Virus record (IMG/VR): IMGVR_UViG_2724679538_000008
Location: 1 to 22,421 of that record
Length of the DNA: 22,421 bases
Source: a virus
Taxonomy: Duplodnaviria > Heunggongvirae > Uroviricota > Caudoviricetes
Strand: one strand, 5' to 3'
Under the pieces are notes generated by a model. That model ran no database searches and had not been told where the DNA came from. It saw only the letters and a list, made by a program, of their open reading frames with translations. The position numbers and the translations under genes are program-made. Every line of letters begins with the position of its first letter. The first letter of the stretch is position 1. This document shows, in pieces, positions 16,047 to 22,421 of this stretch.

Positions 16047-16424
16047 ATGCGTGATATTCAGATGGTTCTTGAGCGTTGGGGAGCGTGGGCGGCTAATAAT
16101 CATGAAGATGTGACCTGGTCGTCCATTGCCGCCGGTTTTAAGGGATTAATTCCTTCAAAAGTAAAATCTCGCCCACAATGTTGTGACGATGACGCGATGA
16201 TCATTTGCGGGTGCATGGCCCGTCTGAAAAAGAACAACAGCGATTTGCATGATTTATTGGTGGACTATTATGTCGGCGGCATGACTTTTATGGCGCTTGC
16301 ACGTAAGCATGGGCGATCTGATTGTTGGGTTGGCAGGATGCTCCAGAAAGCTGAGGGCGTAGTGGAGGGTATGCTGATGGTGTTGGATCTCCGATTGGAG
16401 ATGGATGCTGATTGTTCGAAATAA
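16047..16424 (+). CDS. Q: Late-gene antiterminator Q (QuuD/phage 82-type)
   Basis: '[81 protein letters not shown]...' matches DLP12 QuuD-type Q as recalled. GGAG lies 7 nt upstream of the ATG at 16047 (ORF track begins at a TTG at 16032). Confidence 0.85.
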   Translation: MRDIQMVLERWGAWAANNHEDVTWSSIAAGFKGLIPSKVKSRPQCCDDDAMIICGCMARLKKNNSDLHDLLVDYYVGGMTFMALARKHGRSDCWVGRMLQKAEGVVEGMLMVLDLRLEMDADCSK

Positions 16425-16522
16425 TTAAAGGAAAAGTTGCTGTCTGATTGTCATTAGTCTAACATTTTAAATGTTGGAATCGCAACGTAGTTATTATCAT
16501 ATAACAGCTTGTTTCCTGATTT

Positions 16523-16551
16523 AGCCAGCCTCCCCAAAGGCTGGTTTTTTC
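16523..16551 (+). terminator. Rho-independent terminator downstream of Q (tR'-like)
   Basis: CCAGCC-uccccaaa-GGCUGG followed by UUUUUU, about 100 nt after the Q stop, where lambdoid phages place the PR' transcript terminator that Q-modified polymerase reads through. Confidence 0.7.
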
Positions 16552-16578
16552 TAATAAGTATTATTTCGAGTAGGGATT

Positions 16579-17103
16579 TTATTGTTTAACCCATAATAAT
16601 TCATTGACATTGAATCCCAACTTTTGAGCGGTTCGCACATAGTCTGCTTTTACTTTATCTGGAATAGTTGGGGTCCTTGCCAGAATCCATAGGTATTCTC
16701 TGTTCGGACCACTGACAAGAGCATACTTATACTCATCATCCAGTTTGATTACATTATAGCCACCATAGAAGGGGCCAAAAAACGAAACCTTCAACGCTGC
16801 AGTTTTAGTATCTCCAGTAAAGTATGCTTTACCTTCGCTCTCGCTCCATTTATTTTTCGTTGGATCGTATCCACGGTTAAGTACACGAATCCCTCCGTCG
16901 TTCCGTTTTCCATAAGTAGCGCTGACCTGTTCCAGACCACGTTCGAACCGGTTCTCGAGGCGAGCTATTTCATACCATTTTCCGAGGTAGCGGTTGGCGT
17001 CAAAATTTGTAATCGGCTGCACACCTTTAGGTGGTGTCGGGGCCTTACATGCTATAAGAGTGAAAGAGAGTGCAATGCCAGTCAACACAGGCCATAACTT
17101 CAT
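16579..17103 (-). CDS. Bacterial lipocalin (Blc-like outer-membrane lipoprotein)
   Basis: 174-aa protein with signal peptide and lipobox 'LIAC'. 'FDANRYLGKWYEIARLENRFERGLEQVSATY...GKAYFTGDTKTAALKVSFFGPFYGGYNVIKLD...YLWILARTPT' closely parallels E. coli Blc. Confidence 0.85.
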   Translation of the reverse strand: MKLWPVLTGIALSFTLIACKAPTPPKGVQPITNFDANRYLGKWYEIARLENRFERGLEQVSATYGKRNDGGIRVLNRGYDPTKNKWSESEGKAYFTGDTKTAALKVSFFGPFYGGYNVIKLDDEYKYALVSGPNREYLWILARTPTIPDKVKADYVRTAQKLGFNVNELLWVKQ

Positions 17104-17295
17104 AATAAATCCTGTACTTTTGATAGTTGAGAGTAAGTATGAAAGATAGATGATTACGACCGATCACTTAAAGAACTTTCATACTATATTAGGAATAGTC
17201 CATAACAGAAAAATTGTCAGTGATGACGCCAGAAAGGCAATTTATTCCGTGCACTACACAGTTTATGTGTTAATGAATTAGTCAAGGGGGAGAAT

Positions 17296-18255
17296 ATGAT
17301 AAAAAAACCTGTGATTGGAATCAGCGGTTGTTTGGCCGGTTCTGCTGTTCGTTTTGATGGTGGTCACAAAAGAGCTGACTTTTTAATGGACAAATTAGTG
17401 GAATGGGTAACATTCAGACCAGTATGTCCAGAAATGGCTATAGGGCTGCCAGTTCCGCGTCCTGCTCTACGTCTTGTGCGCTCGACGCAAGGAAATATAC
17501 GGATGTGTTTCAGCCACGACCAGAATGAGGATGTGACAGAGAGAATGACAGAGTTTAGTCGTTCTTATATGGACAAATTAAAGGATGTATCGGGGTTTGT
17601 GGTTTGTGCTAAATCTCCCAGCTGTGGCATGGAGCGCGTGCGTGTCTATGATGAAAATGGTAATCGAGGTCGTAAAGATGGAGTGGGACTATTTACGAGC
17701 ACTTTGATGGAAAAGTTTTCCTGGCTACCGGTTGAAGAGGATGGGCGATTACATGATCCAGTGCTTCGTGAGAATTTTGTTGAAAGAGTTTTTGCTTTGC
17801 ATGAGCTCAATCATCTTTACAAGGAGAAATTATCAAGAAGAGAGTTATTAGCTTTTCATAGTCGTTATAAGCTTCAGTTATTGGCGCATAGTCAGGCAGG
17901 CTATAAAGATATGGGACCATTTGTGGCTGCAATACACGAGTGGGCGGACCTTGAATCATACTTTGAGGTGTATCGTGATAAGCTGATGGCGATTCTCAGA
18001 AAACCTGCATCACGTAAAAATCACACGAATGTGCTGATGCATATACAGGGGTATTTTAGTAACTACTTAAGTACACGCCAGCGTAAAGAGTTGAGCGAGG
18101 TTATACTTAACTATCGTTCTGGCACATTACCTCTTCTTGCGCCGTTGACTCTGCTGAAGCATTATCTGGGTGAGTATCCTAATGATTACTTGCTTACACA
18201 GAATTACTTCGATCCCTATCCGGACGAACTGGCTCTAAGACTGATGGTAAATTAA
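17296..18255 (+). CDS. DUF523 (TudS/YbgA-like, Cys-rich) + DUF1722 two-domain protein
   Basis: N-terminus 'KPVIGISGCLAGSAVRFDGGHKRADFL...PVCPE...CAKSPSCGME' resembles YbgA/DUF523, which I recall as the TudS 4Fe-4S thiouracil desulfidase family. The C-terminal helical half is consistent with DUF1722. SD 'AAGGGGGAG' upstream. Confidence 0.6.
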   Translation: MIKKPVIGISGCLAGSAVRFDGGHKRADFLMDKLVEWVTFRPVCPEMAIGLPVPRPALRLVRSTQGNIRMCFSHDQNEDVTERMTEFSRSYMDKLKDVSGFVVCAKSPSCGMERVRVYDENGNRGRKDGVGLFTSTLMEKFSWLPVEEDGRLHDPVLRENFVERVFALHELNHLYKEKLSRRELLAFHSRYKLQLLAHSQAGYKDMGPFVAAIHEWADLESYFEVYRDKLMAILRKPASRKNHTNVLMHIQGYFSNYLSTRQRKELSEVILNYRSGTLPLLAPLTLLKHYLGEYPNDYLLTQNYFDPYPDELALRLMVN

Positions 18256-18604
18256 TTGTATGCGATATCATCCAAAAGGATAAGTTCCTGCATGCAGGAT
18301 ATTTACAATCGTAAAAACTACACTATGATACCCAGAGTGTCAGTTTGTATAAAAACTCTGTTTACGCTGAAGAAACCATTGAGATGCAACTTAAAGTTGG
18401 TAAACATGCCAGTCAAAATATAATATTATGATTCCACGCAGCTATATATAATATAACAGATTGGTTTAATAATTTGTCTTTGTGAGTTAAATACATAATT
18501 TTATACTTGTGATGCAATGAGATTTTCCTTATTGTTGAACTGGCGAATATTGATTTTCCACCTATACTTACCTGGTGTAACCCCAATGATATCAGGTGGA
18601 TAAT

Positions 18605-19336
18605 ATGCCATACATATGTTCTATCATTTTGGTGTTGAACTCGTTTGATGCCCGAATTGGTAAAGAAGATATTTTGTTTAAAAAAGGAAGTGCTGTTCTC
18701 ATTGATTACAATTTAAAAGATTTTTTTTCATCAAATATAGATCATGTAATGATCGTAGATGTTGAAGAGAAAACAGTTAATGATTTCTTTAAAAGCAACA
18801 CACTCTCACCTTTTTCTGTAAGAAGGTTTTATCCGGCATACTTGATGGTGGAATGTGAAGATTTTTCATTGTTAAAGAACTTGATTGCATGCTTGAATTG
18901 TGATGGCAGAACTGTGGATTTTGTTAGAAATCAAATATCACTTGCATGTCTTGCTATCTTATCTTCAGAGAAAATAGTGCAAAGTTTTTTATTTGGATGT
19001 CTTAATAGTTTAGGAAGTAAAGTTAAGGCTATTATTCACACGGATATATCTGCAGCATGGAGACTTTGTGATATATCTTCAAGACTGTATCTGAGTGAAA
19101 GTCTGTTAAAAAGAAAATTAAAGCACGAAGGCTTATCATTTAGTAAGTTAATTCTTGAAGAGCGAATGGTGATGGCGGAAAGGTTATTAAGCTACAATTT
19201 ATATTCTGTTGGAAAAGTTGCTAAGATATGCGGTTATGAAAATACGTCATATTTTGTAAGTGTTTTCAGAAGATATTTTGGTGTTCCTCCCCATCAATAT
19301 TCATCAAGATTTTTTTTAGAAAAAGACATGATGTAA
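18605..19336 (+). CDS. AraC-family transcriptional regulator (AppY/GadX-like architecture)
   Basis: C-terminal AraC HTH 'WRLCDISSRLYLSESLLKRKLKHEGLSFSKLILEERMVMAERLLSYNLYSVGKVAKICGYENTSYFVSVFRRYFGVPPHQY'. Very AT-rich gene. 'AGGTGGA' lies upstream of the ATG at 18605. Confidence 0.8.
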   Translation: MPYICSIILVLNSFDARIGKEDILFKKGSAVLIDYNLKDFFSSNIDHVMIVDVEEKTVNDFFKSNTLSPFSVRRFYPAYLMVECEDFSLLKNLIACLNCDGRTVDFVRNQISLACLAILSSEKIVQSFLFGCLNSLGSKVKAIIHTDISAAWRLCDISSRLYLSESLLKRKLKHEGLSFSKLILEERMVMAERLLSYNLYSVGKVAKICGYENTSYFVSVFRRYFGVPPHQYSSRFFLEKDMM

Positions 19337-19398
19337 CGTGATGCGTTTTAATGATTTTGTAATTTTCGTATTTGATAATTGTATGATGCTTTCAGCTA

Positions 19399-19429
19399 CG
19401 CCAGAATAATCGCTGGCGTTTTTCTTTTT
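19399..19429 (+). terminator. Rho-independent terminator downstream of the AraC-family gene
   Basis: CGCCAG-aauaaucg-CUGGCG followed by UUUUUCUUUUU. Confidence 0.6.
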
Positions 19430-19524
19430 GAATAGATGTTCAAGCCTTACGCTAATGTAACTTCTATACCTTTCCTCTTCGTTCCGAACCGTGTACACCA
19501 TCCGTTATTTGCGGAGGTGAGGCT

Positions 19525-19740
19525 ATGAAATCCATGGATAAGTTAACAACGGGCATTGCCTACGGCACCTCCGCAGGCAGTGCTGGCTACTGGTTTTTAC
19601 AGCTGCTCGATAAAGTCACGCCCTCACAGTGGGCAGCAATAGGTGTGCTGGGTAGCTTGGTATTTGGCCTGCTGACGTACCTGACAAACCTTTATTTCAA
19701 GATTAAAGAAGATAAGCGCAAGGCTGCGAGAGGTGAATAA
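19525..19740 (+). CDS. S: Class II holin, phage 21 S-type pinholin (dual start)
   Basis: 71-aa protein '[71 protein letters not shown]' with two TMDs and the Met1-Lys2-Ser3-Met4 dual-start motif. GGAGGTGAGG SD. Confidence 0.9.
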   Translation: MKSMDKLTTGIAYGTSAGSAGYWFLQLLDKVTPSQWAAIGVLGSLVFGLLTYLTNLYFKIKEDKRKAARGE

Positions 19741-20237
19741 TGCCTCCATCATTACGAAAAGCCGTTGCTGCTGCTATTGGTGGCGGAGCAATTGCTATAG
19801 CATCAGTGTTAATCACTGGCCCAAGTGGTAACGATGGTCTGGAAGGTGTCAGCTACATACCATACAAAGATATTGTTGGTGTATGGACTGTATGTCACGG
19901 GCATACAGGAAAAGACATCATGCTCGGTAAAACGTATACCAAAGCAGAATGCAAAGCCCTCCTGAATAAAGACCTTGCCACTGTCGCCAGACAAATTAAC
20001 CCGTACATCAAAGTCGATATACCGGAAACAACGCGCGGCGCTCTTTACTCGTTCGTCTACAACGTGGGTGCTGGCAATTTCAGAACATCGACGCTTCTTC
20101 GCAAAATAAACCAGGGTGATATCAAAGGCGCATGTGATCAGCTACGGCGCTGGACATACGCTGGCGGTAAGCAATGGAAAGGTCTCATGACTCGTCGTGA
20201 GATTGAGCGTGAAATCTGTTTGTGGGGTCAGCAATGA
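19740..20237 (+). CDS. R: SAR endolysin (phage 21 R-type lysozyme)
   Basis: N-terminal Gly/Ala-rich signal-anchor-release segment '[20 protein letters not shown]' followed by a lysozyme domain ('...[26 protein letters not shown]...'). Start overlaps the holin stop (TAATG). Confidence 0.9.
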   Translation: MPPSLRKAVAAAIGGGAIAIASVLITGPSGNDGLEGVSYIPYKDIVGVWTVCHGHTGKDIMLGKTYTKAECKALLNKDLATVARQINPYIKVDIPETTRGALYSFVYNVGAGNFRTSTLLRKINQGDIKGACDQLRRWTYAGGKQWKGLMTRREIEREICLWGQQ

Positions 20238-20692
20238 ACAGAGTAACCGCGATTATCTCCGCTCTGGTTATCTGCATCATCGTCTGCCTGTCATGGGCTG
20301 TTAATCATTACCGTGATAACGCAATCGCCTACAAAGAGCAGCGCGATAACAAGGCCAGTGAACTGGAGAAGGCGAACGCCACCATCGCTGACATGCGGAA
20401 GCGTCAACGTGATGTAGCAGAACTCGACGCAAGATACACAAAGGAGCTTGCTGATGCTAACGCGACTATCGAAAGTCTCCGTGCTGATGTTTCTGCTGGG
20501 CGTAAGCGCCTGCAAGTCGCCGCCACCTGTGCAAAGTCAACGACCGGAGCCAGCGGCATGGGCGATGGAGAAAGCCCAAGACTTACAGCAGATGCTGAAC
20601 TCAATTATTACCGTCTACGAAGTGGAATCGACAGGATAACCGCGCAGGTTAACTACCTGCAGGAGTACATTAGGACGCAGTGCTTAAAATAA
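20234..20692 (+). CDS. Rz: Rz inner-membrane spanin (i-spanin)
   Basis: ATG overlapping the R stop (ATGA). N-terminal TMD '[20 protein letters not shown]' then a coiled-coil periplasmic domain. Contains an embedded +1-frame lipoprotein ORF. Confidence 0.85.
   Translation: MNRVTAIISALVICIIVCLSWAVNHYRDNAIAYKEQRDNKASELEKANATIADMRKRQRDVAELDARYTKELADANATIESLRADVSAGRKRLQVAATCAKSTTGASGMGDGESPRLTADAELNYYRLRSGIDRITAQVNYLQEYIRTQCLK
20454..20639 (+). CDS. Rz1: Rz1 outer-membrane lipoprotein spanin (o-spanin), embedded in Rz in the +1 frame
   Basis: '[33 protein letters not shown]...' has a signal peptide, lipobox VSAC and a Pro-rich mature part. AAGGAG lies 7 nt upstream of the ATG. Lies entirely within Rz. 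Confidence 0.75.
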   Translation: MLTRLSKVSVLMFLLGVSACKSPPPVQSQRPEPAAWAMEKAQDLQQMLNSIITVYEVESTG

Positions 20693-20734
20693 TTTTAATT
20701 GCACTGAAATTTAACAAGTGACTTTCAGGAAAAT

Positions 20735-20758
20735 GCCTCGCAGAAGCGGGGCTTTTTT
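20735..20758 (+). terminator. Rho-independent terminator after the lysis cassette
   Basis: GCCUCGC-agaa-GCGGGGC (7-bp stem with one G-U) followed by UUUUUUAU, about 45 nt after the Rz stop. Confidence 0.7.
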
Positions 20759-20901
20759 ATGTCCGCAGTAAACGCGCATCTCACGCGCATATTAACGAGA
20801 GCCTTTCAGTAAGCGGGCCTGAGAATTGCCGTTATAGGTGGCGACCTCTCTCGGGCGGCTTTTCTGTGAGACAGGCTCACTTTCTAAAAGGTAAAGACGC
20901 T

Positions 20902-21390
20902 ATGAACCAATTAGAAGAAAAGCTTCAAAGAATGATTTCCTTATACAAGGAAGATAACTGCCAAAAAGTTCCTGAAAACATCGCAGAGTTAATGGAATTG
21001 GCAAGTGAATTTTCTGGCATGCTTAAGTCGTCAGATGTTCGGTCAGCGTTCTTTGTTGAAATGCTGATGCACGGCGGACTTATGGCAACAATGAGACGTG
21101 TAATGGAAGACCAGAGAAAAGAACCTCCTCAGGTATACGTTTTGTCATCGAAGAAAACTGGGCTAACCAAAATTGGGTATTCATCCAACATTCCACAACG
21201 CATCAAATCGCTTGGCAACTCTGGACCAGACTGTTTGAAGCTTGAGTGCCTGATCCCTGGTGGAAGAGAAACTGAAAACATGCTTCATCGCAAATTTGCC
21301 GCAAAGAGAAAGCACGGTGAATGGTTCGCCCTGTCCAAGGATGACATTGAGGGGTTGAAATCTGTAGCGCTTACTTCTGATGGCTATTAA
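20902..21390 (+). CDS. T5orf172-like (GIY-YIG-related) domain protein with uncharacterised N-terminal region
   Basis: C-terminal half 'VYVLSSKKTGLTKIGYSSNIPQRIKSLGNSGPDCLKLECLIPGGRETENMLHRKFAAKRKHGEWFALSKDDIEGL' fits the T5orf172 pattern (VY.L......KIG.S.N...R...L.....L.L.........E..LH..F...R..GEWF.L). ATG at 20902 is preceded by AAAGG (ORF track begins at a GTG at 20866). Confidence 0.6.
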   Translation: MNQLEEKLQRMISLYKEDNCQKVPENIAELMELASEFSGMLKSSDVRSAFFVEMLMHGGLMATMRRVMEDQRKEPPQVYVLSSKKTGLTKIGYSSNIPQRIKSLGNSGPDCLKLECLIPGGRETENMLHRKFAAKRKHGEWFALSKDDIEGLKSVALTSDGY

Positions 21391-22010
21391 TGCTTGTTTA
21401 GAGCAATTTTCATAACAGCTCTTCATTACAAAGCCCATCTACGGGTGGGCTTGATAATGAAACCGGAATTTATTCTGGGCCACCAGTTAACGGCAGTACC
21501 ACGAAACAACCCAAGCCAGTAAGTGGGGAAATAACACCGGCAGCCACTGAAAGATAAACCTCCTGCCTTATGGCAAAAAAGATTCTTTGTGGTGGCGGAC
21601 TGATGGAAAGACATCCTAATTTCAGCCAAACATTGAAGGAGTTGTTATGTCAGCAGAAGGTTTCAATAACCCATCAAAATTCCGGGATGAGTGGGATAGC
21701 AGCGTAAAGAGTAAGTGATGCCATCACAAAAGCCATTCCCTACAGAGTGGCTTTGATAATGGCTTATACCCTACACGGGATAACTTAACTGATATCCCTT
21801 TTAAAGGATAAAGGTATTCAAGCCTGACACATCATGCGCTGTATCGTCGCCGTATTCCCGTATTAACAGAGACCGTAGCCCGACGGGGAACTCCTTCTGC
21901 GCGAGTGTGCGGGAATAATCAAAAACGATGCACACCGGGGTTACCGGGTACACATATTTCATCATGCCAGCGAGTCCGGTTCTGGCACGGAAGAAACCGG
22001 ACGTTATGAT

Positions 22011-22421
22011 TTAGTGCGGAAATATTTGTGTAGTGTTCTGAATGTTCTCAGTAAAGAGTAATGAATTATCAAAGGTATAGTAATATCTTTTTTGTTCGTG
22101 GATATTTGTAACCCACCGAAAAACTCCTGCTTTAGCAAGGTTTCTTCTGTATTCCTGAAATGTGATCTCTCTGGATTTCAGCTTATTAGAGGTCGTTTCT
22201 ATAAGATGCCTATCCTTTGAAAATTTGACAGACACAATGTTTTTTAGGCCCTTTAATAACACTGTATTATCATTTTTTAATACAATATGAACATTCTCTG
22301 TGGCTAAATAGTAAATGTAATGTGAGACATTGTGACGTTTTAGCTCAGAATAAAACCATTGATAGTTTAAATCGTTTCGAACTTTATCAAATATTTGTTT
22401 AAAAATGACTACCTGATCCAT
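22011..22421 (-). CDS. Hypothetical AT-rich protein (136 aa), possibly DLP12 YbcV-like
   Basis: Complete ORF whose ATG is at the window edge; very AT-rich. Size, orientation and position after the lysis genes resemble DLP12 ybcV; this is a memory-based call that is not verifiable here. Confidence 0.45.
   Translation of the reverse strand: MDQVVIFKQIFDKVRNDLNYQWFYSELKRHNVSHYIYYLATENVHIVLKNDNTVLLKGLKNIVSVKFSKDRHLIETTSNKLKSREITFQEYRRNLAKAGVFRWVTNIHEQKRYYYTFDNSLLFTENIQNTTQIFPH

Noticed and set aside
16440-16500. A PR' late promoter between Q and the tR'-like terminator
   Set aside because: Several weak -35/-10 candidates are present (TTGTCA, TTGGAA, TATCAT) but none has convincing spacing. A promoter is expected here by analogy with lambda, but I cannot place it from sequence alone.
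16425-19524. Shiga-toxin or other toxin genes in the Q-S interval
   Set aside because: The interval was checked because stx genes sit here in Stx phages. The three ORFs present are a lipocalin, a DUF523/DUF1722 protein and an AraC regulator. No A/B toxin-like ORFs and no tRNA-like sequences were seen.
21426-21629. 67-aa minus-strand ORF
   Set aside because: No RBS, a Trp/Cys/Arg-rich improbable composition, and it overlaps a hairpin element. Most likely non-coding.
1-22421. IS elements, transposases, tRNA or rRNA genes, CRISPR arrays
   Set aside because: No transposase-like ORF, no terminal inverted repeats flanking an ORF, and no cloverleaf-like tRNA candidates were recognised by eye. A proper tRNA or IS scan was not possible here, so small elements could have been missed.

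Overview
This window is the left half of a mosaic lambdoid (lambda/DLP12-like) prophage, running from the integrase end to just past the lysis cassette. All family calls are from reading the ORF translations and DNA by eye; no database search or computation was run. The conserved backbone is: int-xis, the Red recombination genes exo-bet-gam, an immunity region (cI-like repressor, operators, cro-like and CII-position genes), replication genes O-P-ren with origin iterons inside O, a nin region (ninB-ninE-ybcO-rusA-ylcG), antiterminator Q with a tR'-like terminator, and a phage-21-type lysis cassette (pinholin, SAR endolysin, Rz with embedded Rz1). Between these modules sit at least six accessory insertions, most of them AT-rich. 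The most interesting are: (1) a stand-alone DGQHR (DndB-like) protein translationally chained to exo; (2) a DUF3800-like gene in the rexAB position beside cI; (3) an AT-rich convergent gene pair (84-aa and 472-aa orphans) between ren and ninB; (4) a Bro-N antirepressor-like gene plus a membrane protein flanked by ~125-bp direct repeats; (5) a cargo island between Q and the holin (Blc-like lipocalin, a DUF523/TudS-like Fe-S protein, an AraC-family regulator); (6) a T5orf172-like protein after the lysis genes. None of these can be assigned a function from sequence alone; they are candidates for defence, superinfection exclusion or host modulation.
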